Shown here: in pieces, positions 37,568 to 45,338 of the stretch
Numbering within the stretch: position 1 is the stretch's first letter
Layout of the letters: every line of letters begins with the position of its first letter
Source: an uncultured Gemmatimonadales bacterium
GTDB lineage: Bacteria; Gemmatimonadota; Gemmatimonadetes; Gemmatimonadales; GWC2-71-9
Assembly: GCA_963779755.1 (NCBI GenBank)
Contig: CAVZZO010000003.1
Span: forward strand, 224,001 to 288,000
Length of the DNA: 64,000 nt
Direction: 5' to 3'
Notes under the pieces: generated by a model
Databases searched by the model: none
What the model was told of the DNA's origin: nothing
The model's input: only the letters and a program-made list of their open reading frames with translations
Made by a program: the position numbers and the translations under genes

Positions 37568-38388
37568 CGGAGCCGCCGGTAAATGCGTTCCCGGGTGTCC
37601 ACCAGCTCCAGGTGCTCCCTCACCTCTCCCAGCACCGTCTCCACCTTGCCCAGCACCAGATATCCTCCCGGCTGCAACGACCGGAGGAACAGACCGAAGA
37701 GACGGTCCTGCATCGGCCGGTCGAAATAGATCAGAACATTGCGGCAGATGATCATGGCATAGTCGTGGTGCGGCGGCTCCTCCCGGGTGAGATCCAGCCG
37801 CCGGATGCTCACCCGGCGCCGCAGGGCCGGCAACACTTCCCGCCCCCTGTCGCGTTCGCCGGTGAAGGCCGCCAGGAGCTCCGGCGGCGTCTCGCTGAAG
37901 GCATCCTCGGGATACCAGCCGCTCCGGGCGCGATCGAGCGAGACCCGGTCGATGTCGGTGGCATCGATGGCCAGCCGGTCCAGCCACTCGGGATGCCCCG
38001 CCTCCCGGGCGGTCCGCTCCGCCAGCATGGTAAGCGAATAGGGTTCTTCTCCCGAGGCGCACCCGGCGCTCCAGATCCGCAGCGGTGTCCAGGGCCGCTG
38101 CCACAGTGCCGGCAACACTTCGGCCTCCAGCCGCTGCCACAGCTCCGGATTGCGGAAGAAGCGCGTCACGTTGATGGTCAGGGCGTCGGCCAGGCGCTGG
38201 TACTCCCCCGGCTCCGCTTCGAGGATGCGCAGGTATTCCTCGTACGAGGCGGCGTTGGTCGCCCGCATGCGCACCGCAATGCGCCGCCTCAGGCAGCGCG
38301 GCTTGTAGGCATCGGCCGCCAGGCCCGCGCCCTCGGAGATCTTCCGCGCCAGCCGCAGGAACTCCTCCTCCTCGCCTGTCGCGCTCAC
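37564..38388 (-). CDS. cheR: Protein-glutamate O-methyltransferase CheR
   Basis: GTG 38388; YK...LRRR, LTINVT.FFR, IWSAGCASGEEPYS, ATDID, ICRNVLIYFD. Confidence 0.95.
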   Translation of the reverse strand: MSATGEEEEFLRLARKISEGAGLAADAYKPRCLRRRIAVRMRATNAASYEEYLRILEAEPGEYQRLADALTINVTRFFRNPELWQRLEAEVLPALWQRPWTPLRIWSAGCASGEEPYSLTMLAERTAREAGHPEWLDRLAIDATDIDRVSLDRARSGWYPEDAFSETPPELLAAFTGERDRGREVLPALRRRVSIRRLDLTREEPPHHDYAMIICRNVLIYFDRPMQDRLFGLFLRSLQPGGYLVLGKVETVLGEVREHLELVDTRERIYRRLR

Positions 38389-40001
38389 GCCCCAACCTTG
38401 AGCGTCTCGAGATTGCTGCGAGCCAGTTGGTGCGCCGGGTTGAGTGCCGTGGCGCGGCGCCAGCACTCCCGCGCGCGATCCTGGTCGCGCCGCCGGTAGG
38501 CGATATTGCCCAGCTTGAAATAGAGATCGTCGCCCAGTTCCGGATCGAGCTTGGCGGCGCGCTCGTACGACTCCAGCGCTTCGTCGTAGCGTCCCGCACG
38601 GTAGAGCAGATCGCCCATGTTCTTGGAGGCCTGGGGCAGCGTCGGCTCTTCCTCGAAGGCGGCCCGCGCCATGACCTCGGCCGCCGCCGTATCGCCGGTG
38701 AACTCGAGCAGGGCCGCAAGATTGTTCCGCAACACTGCATTGGCGGGCCACGCGTCGACGCCCGCCTGCGCGTGCTCCACCGCCGCCTGCAGCTCGCCCG
38801 CGCCGGCCGCCGCCAGGCCCGCCGCCCAGAACCAGAGCGGCGGCGGCGGCCGCTCGCCCAGCAGCTCGCGGGCGCGCGCCAGCCGGCCGGTCGCCACCTC
38901 ATGCTCCTCCCGTTTCAGCGCGGCAATGGCCCAACTCAGCATGTAGCGCGCGTCGTCCCGGGCACGAGTCACCGCCTCGGCGTAGGCGGCCTCGGCCTCT
39001 TCGATCCGTCCCAGCTGTTCCAGCGCCACCCCCAGGTTATGCAGCGTAGGCGCGCTGGCGCCGCCCGCCTCGGAGGCCTGGCGAAACAGCTGCAGCCCTT
39101 CCTCCCAGCGCGCCTGCCGCAGCGCGATGAGCCCCAGATGGAACACGGCGCCGGGCTTGCCCGGCCGCAACTCGTGCACCCGGCGAAACTCGCGCTCGGC
39201 TTCGTCCAGCATGCCGGTCTTGTAGAAGGCGATCCCCAGGTTCTGGTGCTCCTCCACCCGGCCCTCCGCCGCGCGCGGCGGCGCGGCGACGCTGGTGCCG
39301 ACGCGGTGCACGAACCCCGCCGTGATCAGCCCGTACAGCGCCTTCCCCGCTTCGAACTCCACCAGTCCGGAATCGTCCATCAGTTGCTGCACGTCGCGAC
39401 TGCCGTCCAGCAGCGGGAGCAGCCGTTCCTGTTCCGGCGAGAGCGCCACGGAGGCGCCGTCCAGGTGTTCCTGATCGGCCGCGAAGATCATATCGAAGCT
39501 GGGGATCTTCTTCTCGATGAGGCTCCATTCATCCACCCGCCGGGCCCCTTCCAGCAGCAGCGACTCGGGGTTGATCTGAACCAGGAACTCCTCCGTCTCC
39601 GGCCGAACCCCCGCCTCGAAGTTGAAGGTGCCCGACGACCAGGTGAAGAGATAGTAGACGGCCTCTTCGATCTGGGTCCGGATATGCCGGCGCAGCTCAT
39701 CCTGATTCAGGGCTCCCATGTCGACCAGAATCCGGCCCAGCCGGCGGTGCCGGTCGGCGTGCTGCTCCTCGATGGCACGCTCCAGCTGCTCGGCCGAGAT
39801 CCGGCCCGCCTTCACCAGCATGTCGCCCAGACGGTCGCGCCGGTTGACGATCGACGCGTAGCAGATCCGCCCCTGGTCGAAGTAGATGTACCCGAAGTTG
39901 TGGCGGTCGGCCACGGCCAGGCACCCGGTCTTGCGGCCCAGCGACAGCAGTTGCAGCACGTCCGGCAGACTGGCTTCGCGGAGACTTCCCTTGATCGCCA
40001 T
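38385..40001 (-). CDS. DUF4388-type domain + tandem MshEN-like motifs + TPR protein
   Basis: ATG 40001; G.L....L.DVLQLL...KTG.L, two RLGxxLVxxG..xxxxLxxxIxxQ repeats, W..G.F.F, LLEGARRVDEW, then about 7 TPRs. Confidence 0.85.
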   Translation of the reverse strand: MAIKGSLREASLPDVLQLLSLGRKTGCLAVADRHNFGYIYFDQGRICYASIVNRRDRLGDMLVKAGRISAEQLERAIEEQHADRHRRLGRILVDMGALNQDELRRHIRTQIEEAVYYLFTWSSGTFNFEAGVRPETEEFLVQINPESLLLEGARRVDEWSLIEKKIPSFDMIFAADQEHLDGASVALSPEQERLLPLLDGSRDVQQLMDDSGLVEFEAGKALYGLITAGFVHRVGTSVAAPPRAAEGRVEEHQNLGIAFYKTGMLDEAEREFRRVHELRPGKPGAVFHLGLIALRQARWEEGLQLFRQASEAGGASAPTLHNLGVALEQLGRIEEAEAAYAEAVTRARDDARYMLSWAIAALKREEHEVATGRLARARELLGERPPPPLWFWAAGLAAAGAGELQAAVEHAQAGVDAWPANAVLRNNLAALLEFTGDTAAAEVMARAAFEEEPTLPQASKNMGDLLYRAGRYDEALESYERAAKLDPELGDDLYFKLGNIAYRRRDQDRARECWRRATALNPAHQLARSNLETLKVGA

Positions 40002-41953
40002 CAGCGGGCCTCCTCGATCAGGCGGTCCGCCGGCTCGGGCCAGTCCCAGACCAGCTTCTCCCGGCTGCGCAGGCCGCTCGCGACCGACACCACCACCCCG
40101 CTGAACCGCGGTCCGCTGCGCCGCGGGGTCCGTCCGGGAGCGCCCTCGAGGACCTCGCGCGCCAGCGCCGCTGTCGGCGCCTCCTGCCGCGCTTCCGCCG
40201 CCTGGAGCACCCGCTGCACCACGCCCTGGAGCGTTCGCACCGAATCCACCGTGCGGCCTGCCAGGTACTCGGCCAACCCCGCATCGCAGCTGCCCAGGTG
40301 GTCGCGCAGCAGCCGTTCCAGCACGGCCTGGCGCACCTCCCGCTCGGGCGGCGGCAGATGCACCACCAGCCCGCCCTCCAGCCGGCTCACCAGACGCGGC
40401 TCCAGGCCGTCGACCTCGGTGAGCGGCGAGACGGAGGTGAAGACCATCTGCCGGCCCGCCTCGGCGAGCTCGTTGAAGAGCCAGAACAGCTCTTCCTGGG
40501 TGCGATCCTTGCCTGCCAGCAGGTGGATGTCGTCCAGCAGCAGCGCGGTGATGCGGCGGTAGCGGGTGCGCCACCAGCCGATCCGGTCCCGGTCGATGGC
40601 GCCGATCAGCTCATCCACGAACTCGGCGGCGGTGAGACACGCCACCACCGTGTTCTCCCCGGCGCCGAGCGCGTTGCCGATGCCGTGCAGCAGATGGGAC
40701 TTGCCGGTGCCGCTGGGCCCCACGATGACCAGCGGGTTGTAGCGGCTTCCCGGCTGCTCCGCCACGGCCTGGGCGGCCCGGGCGGCGATCCGGTTGCCCG
40801 GCCCCTCGGCAAAATCCGCCAGTTGCCAGTGCGGCGACGGCCGCGGCGGGGGCGCCACGCCCTCCCGCGCGCTGGCCACCAGCGCCTCCGCTTCCTCCAG
40901 GCGATCGGGATCGCGGAAGACGGCATGGCCGCCCAGCGCCGTGTCAAGGTCGGTGGCTTCCGCCTCCAGGACACGCAGTCGCTCGACATCGTCGGCGTAG
41001 CGGGCCAGCAGCCCGTCCGGGTCGGGCGGCATGTCCTCTTCCAGCAGTGCGTCCAGCCGCGCCGTGCGGTAGCCTTCGCCCTCCCAGCGGAGCACCGCCT
41101 CGGCCACCCGTCCGCGCCACGCCTCCACCTGCTGAGCCACGGTGCTGGTGATTTCCGACAGGAAACTGGAGAATTCGTCGCTCCGCTCCGCCGGCGCGTC
41201 CTCGTCCTCGGGGGCAGCCGGGGGCGCCACCGCCGTCGGCCGGCCCAGCACGCCGGGCACTTCCTCCGACCGTAGGGGCTCGGTGCGGACGGCCTGGTAG
41301 GCGATCAGCCGGTTCAGCGCGCCGATCAACTCGCGCACGTTGGTGTACTGCGGAGCCGCCACCGCTTCCAGCACGCCGGCCGCGAAGGTCACGTTGCGCT
41401 CCTCCGCGTGGCGGCGGACGATGGCAACGCGCGTTTCGTAGTCGGGCGCGGTGATGTCGATGACCAGCCCGCCGGCGAAGCGCTGAACCAGCCGTTCGTC
41501 CAGTGCCTCGATGTCCTCCGGACCGCGATCGCTGGTGAGAACGATCTGATGCCCGGCGGTCTGCATGATGTTCACCAGCCGGAGCAGCTCGGCCTGCATC
41601 TCCCGCCGCCGGGCCAGAAACTGGACGTCGTCCAGCAGCAGCAACCCGACCTCGCCGTACCGGCGCCGGTAGGCTTCACCCTGCCCCGCCGCCAGCGCGG
41701 CGTGATAGGCCTCCACCAAGTCGTCCAGCGTCTGGTATTCGCAACTGAGCCCCGGATTGATCGCCTGTGCCGCCTGGGCGATGGCCATCAGCAGGTGGGT
41801 CTTGCCCAGGCCCGGGCCGCTGTAGAGGAACAGCGGGTTGTAGACGTTCCCCGGCGACTCGGCCACTGCCTTGGCCGCGGTGACCGCCAGCCGGTTGGCG
41901 GCGCCCACCACGAACGTCTCGAAGCGCAGCCGCGCGTTGATGCCGCCGGTCAT
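40001..41953 (-). CDS. Tandem DnaA-type AAA+ domain protein (lacks DnaA domain I and the HTH domain IV)
   Basis: Two copies of F..G..N..A...YNPL..G..G.GK(T/S)HL...LLDD...RL..R..GGL...VR.L.G. Confidence 0.9.
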   Translation of the reverse strand: MTGGINARLRFETFVVGAANRLAVTAAKAVAESPGNVYNPLFLYSGPGLGKTHLLMAIAQAAQAINPGLSCEYQTLDDLVEAYHAALAAGQGEAYRRRYGEVGLLLLDDVQFLARRREMQAELLRLVNIMQTAGHQIVLTSDRGPEDIEALDERLVQRFAGGLVIDITAPDYETRVAIVRRHAEERNVTFAAGVLEAVAAPQYTNVRELIGALNRLIAYQAVRTEPLRSEEVPGVLGRPTAVAPPAAPEDEDAPAERSDEFSSFLSEITSTVAQQVEAWRGRVAEAVLRWEGEGYRTARLDALLEEDMPPDPDGLLARYADDVERLRVLEAEATDLDTALGGHAVFRDPDRLEEAEALVASAREGVAPPPRPSPHWQLADFAEGPGNRIAARAAQAVAEQPGSRYNPLVIVGPSGTGKSHLLHGIGNALGAGENTVVACLTAAEFVDELIGAIDRDRIGWWRTRYRRITALLLDDIHLLAGKDRTQEELFWLFNELAEAGRQMVFTSVSPLTEVDGLEPRLVSRLEGGLVVHLPPPEREVRQAVLERLLRDHLGSCDAGLAEYLAGRTVDSVRTLQGVVQRVLQAAEARQEAPTAALAREVLEGAPGRTPRRSGPRFSGVVVSVASGLRSREKLVWDWPEPADRLIEEAR

Positions 41954-42552
41954 GCCAGCGCCTCCCGCGAAGCCAGCCGGCGCAGGACCACCTCGGAAAT
42001 GCCCTTGAGGGTCTCGAACACCCCGCCCCCGTGCAGGGCGTCGGCTCCAAAGCTCGGCACCCCGCGGAAATTCAGGACGTCGTCGAGGTCGGGAGGGGTG
42101 AGGATCAGGTCCCGGGGAAGATCCTGTTTGTTGTACTGGATCACCATGGGGAACTGGCGTACGTCCATCCCCTGCCGCAGCAGGTTGGCCTGGAGGTTCT
42201 GCAGGCTTTCCAGGTTCTCCTCCAGCCGCCGGCCCTGGCTGTCGGCCACGAAGACCACGCCGTCGGCGCCCTGCAGCACCAGCTGCCGGGTAGAGTTGTA
42301 GTACACCTGCCCCGGGACGGTGTAGAGCTGGAAGCGGGTAGTGAAGCCGGAGATGACCCCCAGGTCCAGCGGCAGGAAATCGAAGAACAGGGTCCGGTCG
42401 GTATGGGTGGCCAGCGAGACCATCCGCCCGCGGCGGCCCTCCGGCACCCGGCCGAAGACGTACTGCAGGTTGGTCGTCTTGCCGGACCGTCCGGGCCCGT
42501 AGTAGACGATCTTGCAGGTAATCTCGCGGGTCGTGAAGTTGACGAGCGACAT
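41950..42552 (-). CDS. mglA: MglA-family small Ras-like GTPase
   Basis: [50 protein letters not shown]. Confidence 0.95.
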   Translation of the reverse strand: MSLVNFTTREITCKIVYYGPGRSGKTTNLQYVFGRVPEGRRGRMVSLATHTDRTLFFDFLPLDLGVISGFTTRFQLYTVPGQVYYNSTRQLVLQGADGVVFVADSQGRRLEENLESLQNLQANLLRQGMDVRQFPMVIQYNKQDLPRDLILTPPDLDDVLNFRGVPSFGADALHGGGVFETLKGISEVVLRRLASREALA

Positions 42553-43017
42553 CTAGCGTCCGAAGAGCGTGCGAAGGCTCGTGTTGAGGTCGCGTTCGAA
42601 ATCGGCTGGCAGCACTTCGCTGGGCCGGGATTCCGGCGGCGGCGCTGCCCGGGCCAGCTGTGCCACCAAACGGTTGAAGAACAGTTGCACGATGCCCAGG
42701 GAAGTCTCCGGACCGAAGACTACGAAGCCGATCCAGCTCCCGCGCGGGGTGTCGAACTGGGCCAGAAAATGTCCCTGCCGGGTCCCCTGGTGCGCCATCG
42801 CGCTGAAGGGCGGCCAGGCCAGCATCCGTGCCAGTTCCTGGGCGCTGGCCACGATGCCGGCGCCCAGTGCCGCCGCCGACATGACGTCCAGCGCGCGGGT
42901 GAACCCGTGCTGCGCAATCACCTGGCCCGACCCGGTCATGATCAGGGTCAGCCGGGCCGAGGATTCGGCCAGGAAATCGTTCAACGGTTCCACCACCCAG
43001 GATTCTACCGCCCGCAT
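42553..43017 (-). CDS. mglB: MglB-like roadblock/LC7 protein (probable cognate GAP)
   Basis: Directly upstream of mglA; GQVIA..G, AAL.AG..AS..ELA..L, HQG, T.LG.V.L, and an acidic amphipathic C-terminal helix (DFERDLNTSLRTLF). The start may be 43029. Confidence 0.8.
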   Translation of the reverse strand: MRAVESWVVEPLNDFLAESSARLTLIMTGSGQVIAQHGFTRALDVMSAAALGAGIVASAQELARMLAWPPFSAMAHQGTRQGHFLAQFDTPRGSWIGFVVFGPETSLGIVQLFFNRLVAQLARAAPPPESRPSEVLPADFERDLNTSLRTLFGR

Positions 43018-43367
43018 CAACTCACCCATTCAGCCAGGCGGCCGAGATCCAGCCGCGCCCGTCCGACGTTGACTCCACGATCGGCAATAAGCACCGTAAC
43101 CAGTTCCGTCCCGGCCGGCGCCACCAGCAAGAGTCCGCCGCTCGCCTGCACCAGCACGAACTGGGGCGCCCCCGCCCCGGCCCCTTCCGCCGCGGCGTCC
43201 AGCCGGCGCACCAGGCTGCTCGCCAGGGCCGCCAGGGCGGCGCCATCGACGCCTTCCATCAGCGATTCCGCGACCACCAGGCCGTCGGCCCGCGACGCCA
43301 GCAACGCCCCGCGCGCCCCGCGGATCCGGATCAGCGGCTCGAGCGCGGCCTGGTAGTCCGGCGTCAT
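43017..43367 (-). CDS. Stand-alone roadblock/LC7 protein (MglC-like)
   Basis: ATG 43367; 116 aa; GALL....DGLVV, AALAALA..L, VNVG.ARL pattern. Confidence 0.8.
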   Translation of the reverse strand: MTPDYQAALEPLIRIRGARGALLASRADGLVVAESLMEGVDGAALAALASSLVRRLDAAAEGAGAGAPQFVLVQASGGLLLVAPAGTELVTVLIADRGVNVGRARLDLGRLAEWVS

Positions 43368-44203
43368 GCACTCCCCTCCAGCCAGCGCCGCGCCGCTTCG
43401 GCCGCCCGGGTGGCCAGCAGCGCCAGCCGCCCCATCGGCATTCCGGCCTCGCGACGCACCAGCAGGAGCGTCTCGCCGGTGGGCGGCGCCAGAAAGAGAT
43501 TCGCCTCCGGCGCCTCGACGGCGATGCCCTGCCATTCGCCCAGGCCGAGCAGGCGCACGGTCCGCTCCACCTCGCGGGAGACGCCCGCCAGTTCCGCCGC
43601 GACCTGATCGTCGCGCTCCGCGATGCCGTCGCCCAGTGTCCCCTCCAGCCGCAGGCCACCGCTGTCCAGCAGGAGGAAGCCGGGGCCGCCCAGATCGAGC
43701 GGGACGGCCGCGATGCCAGGCACCGCGGATGCCGGCGGCGCTTCAGGCGCCGGCTGGTCCGGCGCCCGCAGCGGCGCGGCCTCTCCCTCGCTCAACCCGG
43801 CAGCCAGCTGTTCCCGTACCCGGCTCAGCGCGGTCTGCAGCGCCTCGTCCGCCGGCAGGCTGCGCGCGGCCACTTCGAGGTGGTGTTGCGCGCTGGGGAG
43901 ATCCCCGGCCATAAAATAGAGGTAGCCCACGCCTTTGTGCGCCCCGGGATGCACCGGGTCGAGCCGCAGGGTCATATCCCATTCGTCGAAGGCGCTCTCC
44001 AGCTCGTGCTGATCCACCAGGATCCGGGCGTAGAGATCGTGCGCATCGGGAAGATTGGGATAGCGGGTGAGGCCCTGCCGGGCCACCTTGGCGGCGGCGT
44101 CCAGGCGGCGCGCCCGGCGCAGCGCCTCTCCCAGTTCCAGAAAAATCAGGCTCGACGGGTCGGCGGCCAGCTGCGCGGTGAGCCCGCGGATGTCGTCACT
44201 CAC
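43364..44203 (-). CDS. TPR + roadblock-like fusion protein
   Basis: GTG 44203; DPSS..F.ELGEALRR TPRs, a Pro/Ala linker, then LLLDSGGL...AAELAGV....LG.W..I.VE...P.G.L.L roadblock-like C-terminus. Confidence 0.75.
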   Translation of the reverse strand: MSDDIRGLTAQLAADPSSLIFLELGEALRRARRLDAAAKVARQGLTRYPNLPDAHDLYARILVDQHELESAFDEWDMTLRLDPVHPGAHKGVGYLYFMAGDLPSAQHHLEVAARSLPADEALQTALSRVREQLAAGLSEGEAAPLRAPDQPAPEAPPASAVPGIAAVPLDLGGPGFLLLDSGGLRLEGTLGDGIAERDDQVAAELAGVSREVERTVRLLGLGEWQGIAVEAPEANLFLAPPTGETLLLVRREAGMPMGRLALLATRAAEAARRWLEGSA

Positions 44204-45338
44204 GGCCGCCTCGCAGGGCTCGCTCCAGGGTGTAGGCTGCTTCGCGGGCGGAACGGACCTCGAGCGAGTGCGCCGCTTCCTCCGGCGACAGATCGGGCAT
44301 TGCGCTCCAGCGGTCCCAGCTCTCGACCGCCTCCAGAAAAAGGCCGCGGGCGACCAGGCTATAGCCCAGCAGCCGCAGCGCCGGAACGCACTGGAGATCG
44401 AGCTGCAGCGCCCGCTGCAACGCCGCCGTGGCCTCCTGGTGATGTCCCTCGGCCAGGTGGGCGCGGCCCACCGCGGCATGCGCCAGCGGCTCGTCCGGAT
44501 GCCGCGCCACGGCCTCTTCCGCCAGGCGGCGCGCCGTCTCGGGCTGCCCCCGCAGCAGTTCGTCCTCCGCCCGGGCGATCAGCATGGCCAGTTCCCGGCC
44601 GCCCGGCGGCTCGGCCGGCCGGGACACCGGATCCTCCAGCATGAGGATCCCGGTGCTGGCGAGCCCGAAGAGCGTCTTGGCCACCTCGAACTCGGAACGG
44701 CGTAGATGCTGGGAGAGATCCCGCACGTCCTGGCGGCCGTCCACCATGGCCAGCACTTCCCACTCGAACGGAATGAGGTCGAGACGGGAGTCGTTCCCCT
44801 GCGCCAGCCGGGGAATGATGCCGAGGTGGGGAATACGCGTCTCGATGCGGGACCATTCGTCGATCCGCCGGGCCGCTTCCATCAGCAGCGCCTCGGTGGG
44901 GATTCGGATGTCCGCTTCCGTCGGCAGCTCGCCGGGATCGCCCTCCTCGAAGGAGAAGTACCCCTCCGACCAGCTGAGCAGCTCGAAGACGACCTCCTCC
45001 ACCTGGCCCCGCACCCGGCGCTCCAGCTGCCGCCGGGAGATCGCCCCGATGGAGACCAGGATTTCGCCCAGCTTGCGGCCGTCGCCGTTTTCCTGCATGG
45101 CACGGGCGCGAGTCAGGTCTTCTTCCGAGAGCTTGCCGGCCCGGAGCAGCAGCCCGCCCAGCGGGTGCGGGTTGCTGCGGATCTCCGCGCCCACCACACC
45201 TCCCCGCTCGAAGTACACCGTGCCCGCGTTGAGCCGGATCTCCGAGCGCACCTTGAGCGCTCCCGTCTTCCGGCTCAGGTCCAGCAGCTGGAAGACGTCG
45301 TGGATGCTGAGCTCGCGCAGCGGGCCTTCGATCGCCAT
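44196..45338 (-). CDS. DUF4388-type domain + MshEN-like motifs + TPR protein (paralog of 38385-40001)
   Basis: MAIEGPLREL..HDVFQLL...KTG.L, PLG/KLG repeats, W..G.F.F, LMEAARRIDEW, TPRs. Confidence 0.85.
   Translation of the reverse strand: MAIEGPLRELSIHDVFQLLDLSRKTGALKVRSEIRLNAGTVYFERGGVVGAEIRSNPHPLGGLLLRAGKLSEEDLTRARAMQENGDGRKLGEILVSIGAISRRQLERRVRGQVEEVVFELLSWSEGYFSFEEGDPGELPTEADIRIPTEALLMEAARRIDEWSRIETRIPHLGIIPRLAQGNDSRLDLIPFEWEVLAMVDGRQDVRDLSQHLRRSEFEVAKTLFGLASTGILMLEDPVSRPAEPPGGRELAMLIARAEDELLRGQPETARRLAEEAVARHPDEPLAHAAVGRAHLAEGHHQEATAALQRALQLDLQCVPALRLLGYSLVARGLFLEAVESWDRWSAMPDLSPEEAAHSLEVRSAREAAYTLERALRGGRE

Noticed and set aside
37079..40574. Apparent N-terminal fusions in ORF-track entries (607-aa CheD, 395-aa CheR, 729-aa DUF4388; similarly 491-aa FtsQ, 572-aa FolP, 401-aa PNP)
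   Set aside because: The extensions overlap upstream genes in other frames and are low-complexity; coupled starts exist at the upstream stops.
40001..41953. Calling the DnaA-like gene the replication initiator, with oriC nearby
   Set aside because: No domain I or HTH domain IV, no dnaN/recF/gyrB context, and no AT-rich intergenic region with DnaA-box clusters noticed.
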